Source: Chamaesiphon sp.
GTDB lineage: Bacteria > Cyanobacteriota > Cyanobacteriia > Cyanobacteriales > Chamaesiphonaceae
Direction: 5' to 3'
DNA length: 64,000 nt
Assembly (NCBI GenBank): GCA_965246715.1
Contig: CBDFFH010000027.1
Span: 1 to 64,000, forward strand
Shown here in pieces: positions 1 to 9,680 of the stretch (position 1 is its first letter; every line of letters begins with the position of its first letter). The notes beneath the pieces were generated by a model. That model was given only the letters and a program-made list of their open reading frames with translations, had not been told where the DNA came from and did no database searches. A program made the translations under genes and the position numbers.

Positions 1-1857
1 CAGGAAATCGAATCGGATAATTTGAATAAACGGTTCCGCTCGCTGATCCCGATTACCCATAACGATACTCAAAAGGCTGTCGTCGATGAATTTGCCCAGC
101 AATATCGTAATTGCACTAACGCGATCGGGCGCGTTAAAGAGCGATTATATAAAGAACTACCTGAAGACCAACAGCCGACGATCGCAATTTTATCCAGTAG
201 CGGTAAGAGCCTGATAGTTCAAAGACTTTGTGATGCCGATACAGAGGGTGATTCCCCTGTGTGGGACTTAGGTGAGGGTGAAAGTAACGCTAAATTCGAG
301 ATCGTGCTTGATGATGGGAGTAAGGAAAAGTATGCAGTTTACACATCTAGACAAGATGGTATTAAAAGCATTATTGGATATGTAGCTCCAGACTGCTCAG
401 CATATCAAGATTTAATAAATCTTCCACTTGAGAATATTGAAGGTAAAAAACGCTTATCCATATCGAAATCGACGATCGAATTTCATCTGCCCTACGCTCT
501 AGAAAATGATGTCGATCTAATTTTTGCTAGTGCCGATCGGGTAATTGACAAATTGGAAAGTTCGATCCCCGACCGAGAACGATCTCAATATGCCTCTGCC
601 GCATGGCATTCGAGCGCGGGAATGGGAATGGCTACTAAGGTCTTTGCCCATGAAATTAGCCAGCACTTAGATAACGTACCGCCAATCGCGCTCAATCGTC
701 CCGCCCCAGCCGCACTTGAGTTACGAGATGGAGAGCGACTGGCAATCAGGTTCGAGCGCGACTTACGTGTGAGTGCGATCGCGCCAGATGGCAGCGTCCG
801 CGATCTGGGCTTGACTACTTACAGCGACTCACCGCTGTTGGCTCCCGGCACGGTGGTAGCTGCTAAAATCTTACGACCGCTCGATCCCAAGCTGAGAATC
901 CGTACCGAGCTAGGAGAATTTGTCGTCAATCCAGCTCCTACGATCGGTCGGATCGGAATTGAAGATTTTACTGGTAACTTCGCGTTCGACCGTCAGGGGA
1001 AAGATATTGCCGTCCATTATCTTGGCTCTGGGGGACGGCGCATTCCGATTGGCGTACTGGGTCGAGAATTAATTAACAAAGAATCTAAAGCCAAACTCAA
1101 TCATGCCAGTACTTTATTAAAAGGTACGTTGTCGCGTGGCTTGAGTGAGAACATCTTAGAAATTCAAGTCGAACGACTCATCGACCATCAACCCGTCTCC
1201 AGGATCGATCGCGGCGAATTGATTCCACTGCCCCAGCAATCTATCCCGCTGGAGCGGCAAGATCCAGCCGTCTCATCCGCTCGACGATACTTTCCGACCG
1301 CCGGAGAGCTACGGCAGCTCTATCAAGCTTCGGAACTGGCTGGAGATATTGCAAAAATGGCAGAGATAAAGGGGTTAGGAACGCTGCTCAATGACGTTTA
1401 CCCCGATGGCGATCGCGCACCAGATGATTTTTCTCATTGGGTTGTGGAAATTCCGGTGCCCGACACTCTCTATTATCCCAGCGCAGGAGAATTGCGAACG
1501 GCTTATGCCCTCAAATCTAACGCAGGGAAAACAAAAGATTCAGCTAGAATTAAAGAGTTAGGAAATGCTCTAAATCGGGCTTATCCTGACGGAAATCGCG
1601 CACCAGATGACTTTACTAGTCTAAATGTGGGCATAACTACGAGCGAACAGCAATCGTTAGCGATCGATGTACGGCAACTCGAATCTTCGCAGTCAACTAG
1701 GCTCGATGACAGAGAATTAAACGAAGCAACTCCCCTCAAGGCACGACAATCTATATCGATATCTCAAGAGCCTACTGTCATCGTACCCGTTAACAGATCG
1801 AATAATTCTATAGTAGTAGAACGTTCGCCAACTGAAGATATCGATTTGTCGATGTGA
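1..1857 (+). CDS. C-terminal part of a large conjugative-element protein (frame open from window edge)
   Basis: Frame 1 has no stop from base 1. Two 61-aa repeats (YxPxAGELR...YPDGxRAPDDF) and an acidic terminus EDIDLSM. Lies next to the T4SS operon. Confidence 0.7.
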   Translation, partial: QEIESDNLNKRFRSLIPITHNDTQKAVVDEFAQQYRNCTNAIGRVKERLYKELPEDQQPTIAILSSSGKSLIVQRLCDADTEGDSPVWDLGEGESNAKFEIVLDDGSKEKYAVYTSRQDGIKSIIGYVAPDCSAYQDLINLPLENIEGKKRLSISKSTIEFHLPYALENDVDLIFASADRVIDKLESSIPDRERSQYASAAWHSSAGMGMATKVFAHEISQHLDNVPPIALNRPAPAALELRDGERLAIRFERDLRVSAIAPDGSVRDLGLTTYSDSPLLAPGTVVAAKILRPLDPKLRIRTELGEFVVNPAPTIGRIGIEDFTGNFAFDRQGKDIAVHYLGSGGRRIPIGVLGRELINKESKAKLNHASTLLKGTLSRGLSENILEIQVERLIDHQPVSRIDRGELIPLPQQSIPLERQDPAVSSARRYFPTAGELRQLYQASELAGDIAKMAEIKGLGTLLNDVYPDGDRAPDDFSHWVVEIPVPDTLYYPSAGELRTAYALKSNAGKTKDSARIKELGNALNRAYPDGNRAPDDFTSLNVGITTSEQQSLAIDVRQLESSQSTRLDDRELNEATPLKARQSISISQEPTVIVPVNRSNNSIVVERSPTEDIDLSM

Positions 1858-1925
1858 TGTTTTACTACTGAAGACTGTCGAGCTAAAAGCTTTGAATTAG
1901 GAACGTAAGTTTTTTAGAGCAGAAT

Positions 1926-2606
1926 ATGATGAAACCAGTAATGGGTGTTTATTTAGGTTGGATTCCCCCCGAAGGCAAGCAATGGGAACCCATGTATCGA
2001 ACCATCCGCTGCCCAGGAGGATATCAAAGCGAGCGGACACAGCTTTGCGCTCCAACGATCGAGCGTTATCCAGGATTGGAAGACACTCTGAGCTTTTATC
2101 CCAACCCACTCGAATTGCCGTTTGCGCTAGAGAGAAGAATTCCTCTAGTTAGAGAAGATTATGAATGGTATGCTCGCTTCCTCAATCTACCCTACCCAAA
2201 CATGGATGTATTTGAGTTCGCTGGTAGGACTGGAGGATTTATGGTTGCAGATGAGTTTAGTACTTGCCCGATTGTCGAGCCGAATGCGGATGGTAGTTAC
2301 ACGTATGAATCTAAGTTACGGAACGTAGATCGGGAGGTACGCGACAGCCTTAATGAAGCTACACAGTTGAAGGCAATCGCTCGTAAAGACGAACCAACGA
2401 TCGTTACTGCTGACGATCGACCGCTTGGCGAGTTGTTGCCACACTTTTCGTACTTGGAAAATGAAATTAGCAATCCGAGCATTGTCAGAATTTCTGAACC
2501 GCATTATTTTATGGGTTGTCTGACTTTAATCTCATTCAATACCCCAGTTAACTTGTACGCCACTCGCAACTTCGCACTAGCGAATAGAGAGGCGATTGGT
2601 GTCTAA
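1926..2606 (+). CDS. HipS-like/HIRAN-like partner of a HipA kinase
   Basis: VYLGW..W.P, RRIP..REDY..YARFLNL and GRTGG...D.F motifs typical of HIRAN proteins encoded before HipA-like kinases. Overlaps the kinase start. Confidence 0.65.
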   Translation: MMKPVMGVYLGWIPPEGKQWEPMYRTIRCPGGYQSERTQLCAPTIERYPGLEDTLSFYPNPLELPFALERRIPLVREDYEWYARFLNLPYPNMDVFEFAGRTGGFMVADEFSTCPIVEPNADGSYTYESKLRNVDREVRDSLNEATQLKAIARKDEPTIVTADDRPLGELLPHFSYLENEISNPSIVRISEPHYFMGCLTLISFNTPVNLYATRNFALANREAIGV

Positions 2607-3471
2607 ATTCCCTGTCATCCAGATTCCTGTACCTGCTGAAAATGAATCTGAATCAATACTAGAAGGTGCGATCGCTAAATATTGGCTCGATCTACCCAAT
2701 CTTGGGAGATCCCTGCTCAAAGCCGATTTTCGAGGTGCTTGGGTCGAAAAAGTTGCAGCTATCTTAGCAGAACGAATTGGCTTGCCCGTCGTAGGCTACG
2801 AGTTGGCACAGAGAGCAGATGGCTTAAAAATGATTGCTAGTCCCAGTTTTCTCTTGGATGGTGCCAGAGAGATTCCTGGAGAGAAATTGTTAGTAGATGC
2901 CCTTGGCAGAAATTACCTTTATACACCAGATGCCATCTTGTCTGTCGTTGATGCTCTAGATATTGCGCTGCCAAGTAACTACGAACCTCCTAAAACAATC
3001 TCAACAGCTAGCGACCTCCTAGCTGGCTATTTGATGTTCGATAGCTGGATCGGTAATATCGATCGACACAGCCGAAATTGGGGGATTCAGAGAACTCTCG
3101 ACGGGAGAAGAGAATTGTTACCTACTTACGACCACGGATTAGCTCTAGGAGTAAGGATGCCTGAAGATAAGTTGCCGCTTGACATTTCGGGGTTTTCTAG
3201 GGATTGTCGTTCGTCGATTCAAGGTGAGATTGGCGGTGCGTTAACAATGGATGGTTTGGCTCGTCGCTTGCTGGATCTAAAGCCAGAAGCAACAAGCGGA
3301 TGGATCGAGCGGATTGCCACCATCGATCGTGAGGCAATCGAAGCGATATTCGAGCGCATACCTCAAGGCTGGGTTATCGATATCCGTGTGAGATTTGCAA
3401 TCGACTTGTTGGAGACTAGCCGCGATCGCCTAAAAGCGATGGCTAGCGATCGAAAATCAACCCGATCGTAA
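2596..3471 (+). CDS. HipA/CtkA-family kinase
   Basis: YLMFDSWIGNIDRHSRNWG catalytic loop, PTYDHG Mg-binding motif, WVEKVA helix. Confidence 0.85.
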   Translation: MVSKFPVIQIPVPAENESESILEGAIAKYWLDLPNLGRSLLKADFRGAWVEKVAAILAERIGLPVVGYELAQRADGLKMIASPSFLLDGAREIPGEKLLVDALGRNYLYTPDAILSVVDALDIALPSNYEPPKTISTASDLLAGYLMFDSWIGNIDRHSRNWGIQRTLDGRRELLPTYDHGLALGVRMPEDKLPLDISGFSRDCRSSIQGEIGGALTMDGLARRLLDLKPEATSGWIERIATIDREAIEAIFERIPQGWVIDIRVRFAIDLLETSRDRLKAMASDRKSTRS

Positions 3472-3551
3472 GTAACAAATTTAACAGATGAGATTGACTG
3501 GATCGAGCGTCCGCCATTTCCGAAGAAAAAATTAGGTTTTTAATATGAAAA

Positions 3552-4139
3552 CTAATAATAAAAATAAGGATGAATTTGACTAACTGTTAATAATAAATCG
3601 GTAACTTTAGCATTTGTATAACGATCGGAACGGGGATAGACTAAGCAACTACGAACCTGTCGGTTATAACATGTATAGTTGAGTTTTTGAAGATCGATAT
3701 CGGCTAGTCTGAATAGGAGATCTTTTCGTTCGATCGCCTTCAGTGTGTGCGGAGCGACTTTAGTAAAAATAGTCTTCCAAACAGATGCGTCATAAGCTTG
3801 ACTCAAGAAAAAGCTGTATTTTAAGTGCTTATATTTATTGCTAAATCCTACCACTAAGGAGACGATTTCTTGTAACTGTCTGTGGCATGGGGGTAGAATC
3901 TGCCACCAGTGAGCGCGAGTATCGATTTTAATCGGAAGGCGTTCTAGATAGAAATTGAATTGGAGAGGATTGCACTCAGATACGATCGCATGAACTCGAT
4001 CGTCGCACAATAACTCGTCTAGTTTCCAATCTGGGATCGTGGGAAACATGTGCCGTTGAAATGAAGCTCCATAACACGTCAGCAGAGTTTGCAAAGCCCG
4101 ATCGACTAATTCTCCCCCCGATGAAACATAATTAATCAA
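3552..4139 (-). CDS. Hypothetical protein, probable P-loop-less paralog of the neighbouring MobD-like protein
   Basis: 195-aa ORF with ATGA overlap. Shares IVS...WW...F..KY..L pattern with 4136..5026. Confidence 0.55.
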   Translation of the reverse strand: MINYVSSGGELVDRALQTLLTCYGASFQRHMFPTIPDWKLDELLCDDRVHAIVSECNPLQFNFYLERLPIKIDTRAHWWQILPPCHRQLQEIVSLVVGFSNKYKHLKYSFFLSQAYDASVWKTIFTKVAPHTLKAIERKDLLFRLADIDLQKLNYTCYNRQVRSCLVYPRSDRYTNAKVTDLLLTVSQIHPYFYY

Positions 4140-5026
4140 GGTAAATACCCCGTATTCCTAAACGAGTGCCAATTAGCCTCTAACCATTTATCTATTTTCA
4201 GTTTCACGATCGGATTGAGTTGCTTCCCTTGCCGATCCCCATTTTTGATAATTTCATGTAACGGGGTACCGAGATCTACCGCTTCAAGAATTGCCGGATC
4301 TGCAAGCCAGGGCAGGATGTTAGATATCTTAACTTTTTCATCTTGAGAGAGTCTATCTAGTGATGGCAGTGGATCGAATCTATCCCAGTTAGGAACCGCG
4401 CTAGTGATGCCTAAGTTAAATACGCAGACATGGTTCAGGTTGGGATATTTGGTAACAAAATCAACGAACATCTGTTGCGATGTACCGCTCCCAAAGCTGC
4501 ACCACCAATTTACAACCTTAAAAGGTGGCGATTCGCTCTCCATCAGCTCATTGATATTATTACTATCGAGCCAAAGATCGATGCCATCGTTTGCTGGCAG
4601 TGAAACAATTAGATCCCGCTTGACACTGTAAATAATATCTAATAGGCGATCGCCTAAATAGCTAAATTTAGCATCTTTAGAGAAGATAATTTGTTCGCTA
4701 AGTAAGTTCGATCTTACCTTGACAACATCTTCTTTTTCTGGCAACGAGCGACCGAAGCGACTGCTAATAGAGCTGACAGAAGACTTAACATCCTTGTGCT
4801 GCCAAAGAGCCACGGTTTCTCGATCGTAAGCACGAGCTACATTATAATTAGGATCGGCATCAATTAATGTAAATGCTCGCCCCAGCTTGATAAAACGTTC
4901 GCAAAATAGCCGTGCGAGAGTAGATTTTCCGACTCCACCCAAGAATCCATTACAAAGATGTAATGTGGGAGCAAAGTTATCATTATTTGTTTGTTCTGAA
5001 TTCTCTTGCTGTTTATTGTTAGCCAT
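4136..5026 (-). CDS. MobD-like/ParA-type P-loop protein
   Basis: HLCNGFLGGVGKS Walker A and LIDAD. Start taken at ATG 5026, one base after the upstream stop. Confidence 0.75.
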   Translation of the reverse strand: MANNKQQENSEQTNNDNFAPTLHLCNGFLGGVGKSTLARLFCERFIKLGRAFTLIDADPNYNVARAYDRETVALWQHKDVKSSVSSISSRFGRSLPEKEDVVKVRSNLLSEQIIFSKDAKFSYLGDRLLDIIYSVKRDLIVSLPANDGIDLWLDSNNINELMESESPPFKVVNWWCSFGSGTSQQMFVDFVTKYPNLNHVCVFNLGITSAVPNWDRFDPLPSLDRLSQDEKVKISNILPWLADPAILEAVDLGTPLHEIIKNGDRQGKQLNPIVKLKIDKWLEANWHSFRNTGYLP

Positions 5027-5027
5027 A

Positions 5028-5675
5028 TCAACGAATCTCCAGCATACAAACAGTTTTACCAGTCTTTTTGATTCCTTTACGAATACACGCTTCCACCGAT
5101 CTATTGCCTGACACAAACGCACGACGAAGAATCTTGCCGTCAGTTGTACTCAACCATTCCAACATCGCGCCATCAGAACCTCTGGCTAATCTTAATTGTT
5201 GAGGAAACACGACAAAATACGCCAGCAATGATGTCGCTATCATCCCGATCGAGAATCCACCTAGACTCCAACATAAACTCATGAGTCTATTGTTAATATT
5301 CCGACCGCTACGAGCGATTGCTTGTTTGGTTAAGTCGCGATAAGTTTCACGATCTCGATCGAGTTTTTCAAATAGTTGCTCCTGTCGAGCATCGCTCGCT
5401 GAAGATTCAGCCTGACGTTGCTGTCGCTCCTCTTCAAGTAACACCTGAATTGCTTGAGGCACTGCCGAAGTAACCACATGTAGATACTCGCTAATTTTCT
5501 CGATTTGGGCGATCGTCCCTGTGATGTGATAGATCTCATCATCGGTTGATAATTCGCGACTATTAACGAGCTTGTCGATATTAGCTAATGCTTCTTTTCG
5601 ATCGATCGCATCGAGATAACTAGTAAATGGAGACTTGCTAGGTTCGCCACCGTTTTTATTTTTAACTGTAACCAT
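5028..5675 (-). CDS. MobE/DUF6753-like coiled-coil membrane protein
   Basis: Coiled coil, one TM segment, LEWLSTTDGK motif. Directly precedes the MobD-like gene. Confidence 0.55.
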   Translation of the reverse strand: MVTVKNKNGGEPSKSPFTSYLDAIDRKEALANIDKLVNSRELSTDDEIYHITGTIAQIEKISEYLHVVTSAVPQAIQVLLEEERQQRQAESSASDARQEQLFEKLDRDRETYRDLTKQAIARSGRNINNRLMSLCWSLGGFSIGMIATSLLAYFVVFPQQLRLARGSDGAMLEWLSTTDGKILRRAFVSGNRSVEACIRKGIKKTGKTVCMLEIR

Positions 5676-5700
5676 TTTGCGTCAAGTATGTTGTAATTTT

Positions 5701-7149
5701 TTAATTTGATGAGGTTACTTTTGCAGGTCGGTAAGGATCGAAATTCCGAGGTGCTAGAATACTCTGTTTTTTTGAATGAGAGGGCTTGGCTAATTCGCGG
5801 ATTGAGTTTCTAATCGTGACAATTTGTTTGGAATTGCGCTCGAACATGCAATGAAACTCCATTGCTTCCTCAAGTAGATCTCTTGCAGTGACTTCTCCAT
5901 CAGGATCGCACTCTTTAACTCTGGCAATTGTATCGATAACGATTTGTTCGATTTCTGCGCCGACATACTCGATAGTCTCATCGAGAATGCCTTGCCATTC
6001 ATATTTATCGAAAACTAGACCTTGCGCGAATCTAGAATCGAATCGCTTGAGAAACAGTAAGAATAAATTCAACCGCGATTCGGCATCGGGAGAATCGACT
6101 TCCCAGACAGCATCAAATCTGCCAGCACGAGTAGCTTCAACGGGTAAGTCTTCAATTCGATTGAGAGTGCCGATGACAAAAACTGGGAAAGTTTTATCCT
6201 GTAGCCAGGTTAATAGTAATGACAGGAGCGGCTTATCATCCCTGGTAAATAGTTTCTCGATCTCATCCATGTAAAATATACAAGGAGCGCAGACACGAGC
6301 GATCTCTAACACCCTTGCCATTGCCGTCAAACCGCCGACCTTAATTTTGTCGATCTCTAGGGATAACATGGGGTAGCCCAGAGCAGAAGCAATAGATCTT
6401 GCAGAGTATGTCTTACCCGTTCCTGGGATGCCAACCAAGAGCCAACCTTTAGGGTAGGGCAGCCCAAGATCGATCGCCTGTTGACTGAATCTAAATTTCA
6501 GCTTATCGATCGCCAGAACCAACTCATCCAATCCAGCGATTTCTTTGTATGCTGGAGACGGATCGTACTTAACACCCATCAGAGATAGACGGGCGTTGCG
6601 GTAGGTTTCTAGATATAGTTCTGGTTCTGGACTCTCACTCGATTGTTGCAGTGCGAGCTTGAGATCTTGATAAGCTAGCCCCGATGCCAGCCGAAGATTG
6701 CGCTCGCTTGGCTCAAAGTGGTATTCGCCAAATAACTTGGTAATTTCCGCACTATTGGGCAGCTTCCAATTATATTCGTGGATAAATCGAGCAAGTTCGA
6801 TCGGCAACGGCGTATTGTCTGTTTGCAATAGCACCAGCCGATACCGATACTGACGCAGTGAGTAAAGATCGGCAAACTGCTCGTAGATTAGTTGCCGCTC
6901 CCACGGCGCGAGGGTGGCAACGAAGGTTAAGTAATTATCGAAAATGAAGTTGCCCTCGATTACATTCCGAATGGCATCGAGTAGCAGCCCAAATGGGGAA
7001 GCGATCGCATCGTTACCGACCGCAACATTCAAACGCCACCGCTGGCAGTCGCTCAAGTGAGTACTGACGATCCATTCGCGATCGAGTGGGTTACAGCGCA
7101 CCAAGACTATCTGGTGCTGGGTCATTAATTGGGTAAGATCTTGTGACAT
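5701..7149 (-). CDS. AAA+ ATPase, Ycf46-like
   Basis: PKGWLLVGIPGTGKT, IFYMDEIEK, N...LPVEATRAGRFD (SRH/arginine finger). TAATG overlap with the upstream gene at 7149. Confidence 0.9.
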   Translation of the reverse strand: MSQDLTQLMTQHQIVLVRCNPLDREWIVSTHLSDCQRWRLNVAVGNDAIASPFGLLLDAIRNVIEGNFIFDNYLTFVATLAPWERQLIYEQFADLYSLRQYRYRLVLLQTDNTPLPIELARFIHEYNWKLPNSAEITKLFGEYHFEPSERNLRLASGLAYQDLKLALQQSSESPEPELYLETYRNARLSLMGVKYDPSPAYKEIAGLDELVLAIDKLKFRFSQQAIDLGLPYPKGWLLVGIPGTGKTYSARSIASALGYPMLSLEIDKIKVGGLTAMARVLEIARVCAPCIFYMDEIEKLFTRDDKPLLSLLLTWLQDKTFPVFVIGTLNRIEDLPVEATRAGRFDAVWEVDSPDAESRLNLFLLFLKRFDSRFAQGLVFDKYEWQGILDETIEYVGAEIEQIVIDTIARVKECDPDGEVTARDLLEEAMEFHCMFERNSKQIVTIRNSIRELAKPSHSKKQSILAPRNFDPYRPAKVTSSN

Positions 7150-8804
7150 TATCGGCTTTGGGATACTTCGGGTTCTGGGCACGATCGTTCGGGAGTGCCA
7201 CCGCCAGTCGGCACTCGCACGGCTTCTTTCTCACCACGAGTCGGAACGGTAACGCTTGGAGCAGAAGCTAACTCAGGCGAATCGTTACCGATAGTTGGAG
7301 TGGAGTTGGATGTGCCAACGCCTGGAGCATTGCCAGCAGTGGCAGCTAATTCAGGTGCGTTATTTTTGGTCTTCGGCTTGGGTTTGGGTGTATTAGCACC
7401 TGGAGCGTTACCAGAAGTCGCTAATTCAGGCGAGTTGCCAATATTCGGCGTGGGGTTGGGCGCGTTTTCCTGGGTGAGTGGGAGGTATTGAGGATCTTTG
7501 GATCGAGTCGCTACTTCAAGTTGTTGGGTTTCTTTAACTAGTTGAGGATCGATACCTCGTGCCGCCAGGACTCGATCGAGTGCTTGAGTAACATTCGGAT
7601 CGTTAAGTTTGGGATCTGGCTTAAAGTTTCCATCTCGATCGAGTTCGCCAATTTGAATAGATTTGTTACCTTCATTTGGGGTAACGAAAATAGAGCGCGT
7701 TCCTTTCTGAGTTTGACGATTGAGCTTGAACGTTGTCCCCCCAATATTTATGCTTTTGTAGCTTTTTGGTTTGACTCGATCGAATTCCGACTTTAGAACT
7801 CGATCGTAAATGACACTGGATGTCTGCTGGAAGTCTACATCTGTTGTCGGCTCGGCACGATCGAGCGTTTTGGCGATCGAGGATTGGGGAGCCACTCTAC
7901 TAACTTCTTGAGGTGGTTTTGGTACTAATTCAGATGTGGGATTGGTTTTGCTAACTTTAGCCTCCCGATCGGGACTTGCCGCCATCCGTTTGGCATAATT
8001 CGTAAGGTCGGTCAGTCCCTTCTCGTCCTTGAGTTTAATACTGCTCAGAAGTTCGGGATCGCGATCGTAAGCACTGTAAATGACCACACCTCGATCGTCG
8101 GTTTCAAACAGCTTTTGTCCGTTATATTCGATGAGAAGATTCTCTCCCCCTGCAATAGTCGTGCCCTCTTTACCCTCCATCAGATCGAGAATCGCTAGGG
8201 CATCTTTTTGGGAGAGAGTCTTTTCAATGAAATTATTATTTGAGTCATAACCGTATAGAACTTCAGTGCGATTATTTATCTGCTTTGGACGTTCTAAATC
8301 CAATTCGCGCTCCATCCGCGCCACGATTTCTGGTAAATCTTTAATTAATCTCGATTCATCTCCTGCAAATCTATTTTTTCCCTGTTTAGCGTACAGTTTA
8401 GAATCTTGGGATTGAATACTTATCGCCCCGCCTCGATATTTCTCTAAATTATATTTAGTTCCATTTACATCTAGATCGCGCTGGAAGTATTTCCGATCTG
8501 GCAAAAGGCTATTTAACCGTTCGATCGATTGCTCTGCCTGTTGCTTAGGGCTGAGATCGGGATTATTAGAATCTTTTCGGGTAACTTTAAATCCAGAATC
8601 CATAGGTACTTCGGGTGAATTTGTACGAGATACTGTAAATGATTTAACAGCAGGTGTTTCGCGAGTTACTTGTAGCGATTTAGCTTTGTTCTTCTCCCGA
8701 TTAGATAACCGAACTAATGCTGCCATTATATTAGCGAGTGCGCTAGCTCCTACCTGGTTGAGCTGCTGAGATAATCGTTCTGACTGACTATGAATTTCCT
8801 GCAT
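7149..8804 (-). CDS. Hypothetical protein with Pro/Asn/Ala-rich repeated C-terminus
   Basis: 551-aa ORF within the operon. Repeats (S/A)PELA..GNAPG. Confidence 0.75.
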   Translation of the reverse strand: MQEIHSQSERLSQQLNQVGASALANIMAALVRLSNREKNKAKSLQVTRETPAVKSFTVSRTNSPEVPMDSGFKVTRKDSNNPDLSPKQQAEQSIERLNSLLPDRKYFQRDLDVNGTKYNLEKYRGGAISIQSQDSKLYAKQGKNRFAGDESRLIKDLPEIVARMERELDLERPKQINNRTEVLYGYDSNNNFIEKTLSQKDALAILDLMEGKEGTTIAGGENLLIEYNGQKLFETDDRGVVIYSAYDRDPELLSSIKLKDEKGLTDLTNYAKRMAASPDREAKVSKTNPTSELVPKPPQEVSRVAPQSSIAKTLDRAEPTTDVDFQQTSSVIYDRVLKSEFDRVKPKSYKSINIGGTTFKLNRQTQKGTRSIFVTPNEGNKSIQIGELDRDGNFKPDPKLNDPNVTQALDRVLAARGIDPQLVKETQQLEVATRSKDPQYLPLTQENAPNPTPNIGNSPELATSGNAPGANTPKPKPKTKNNAPELAATAGNAPGVGTSNSTPTIGNDSPELASAPSVTVPTRGEKEAVRVPTGGGTPERSCPEPEVSQSR

Positions 8805-8807
8805 AAG

Positions 8808-9614
8808 TTAAAACGGAGCGCGATGGTAAGCATTTTTATTGTTGTATTCAACTAAATGAGAGATATCATCAGTTTTAAACGATCTCGCTTGTCCATCGAG
8901 CGTTAAATCTGTGGGAATATAGTACTTTTTATCATCTTCAATATCGAAATCGATCCTAAAACCTGCTGCCTCTAAAGACTGTTCGATGTCGCTACCAAAA
9001 ACACAAAGACGACCGACACCAGTTATCGGATCTGGTTCACTAAATATATTGCAAATATCTACAGAACTATTCCAATCGACAATATTCTGTATCCCTGACG
9101 GTGACAGATCGACAAGTTCATCTTTAACAAAATGTGGTGGGATAAAATATAGCTTCTCTGGATCGAACGGCAGACATAAATATTCAGCTAGAGGGTAGTC
9201 ATAAAAGTAAGAATATCCAGCTCGTTCGACAATATCGATCGCGTATTGTCCCTTTACATACAAAGGTTTTCCGTCATATTTGCCATCATGTACGATCTCT
9301 TGCCCGTCGCCATCGCACAGCCAGCCAAAAAACACCTCACATCGCTCGTTAAACTCACTAAGTTCGTTCGTATCCTCAATTTGTTTGATGTGACTATGAT
9401 AAATAGCCATCCCGATCGGACATTCTACAACCGTGCGATTAGCAACTAAATCGTGGAAATAAATCAATCGAGCGTTTAAATGGATCGAGATATATGTTTG
9501 TGACAATAGCGGATCGCGATCGACATAAAAAGTACTGCCACAATCGAGGGCAAATAGACATTGCTTGTCGGTTCTAACGTAAATTCGATCGTAAGTTGAT
9601 GGAGCAGTTAGCAT
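8808..9614 (-). CDS. Hypothetical acidic protein with two copies of the VirD4 C-terminal domain
   Basis: 268-aa ORF. LxVxG...AG(F/Y)...KxYxIP...(D/E)(Y/W)N occurs twice and matches the VirD4 tail. Confidence 0.75.
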   Translation of the reverse strand: MLTAPSTYDRIYVRTDKQCLFALDCGSTFYVDRDPLLSQTYISIHLNARLIYFHDLVANRTVVECPIGMAIYHSHIKQIEDTNELSEFNERCEVFFGWLCDGDGQEIVHDGKYDGKPLYVKGQYAIDIVERAGYSYFYDYPLAEYLCLPFDPEKLYFIPPHFVKDELVDLSPSGIQNIVDWNSSVDICNIFSEPDPITGVGRLCVFGSDIEQSLEAAGFRIDFDIEDDKKYYIPTDLTLDGQARSFKTDDISHLVEYNNKNAYHRAPF

Positions 9615-9680
9615 AAATTTAAGGTAAGTAAAAATATGACAGCCGTAAGCCTAATCCCCGCCAACAGCTAAAGATAGTAT

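Noticed and set aside
7250..7440. Spaced GCTAA(C/T)TCAGG repeats
   Set aside because: Coding PELA repeats within the 551-aa ORF.
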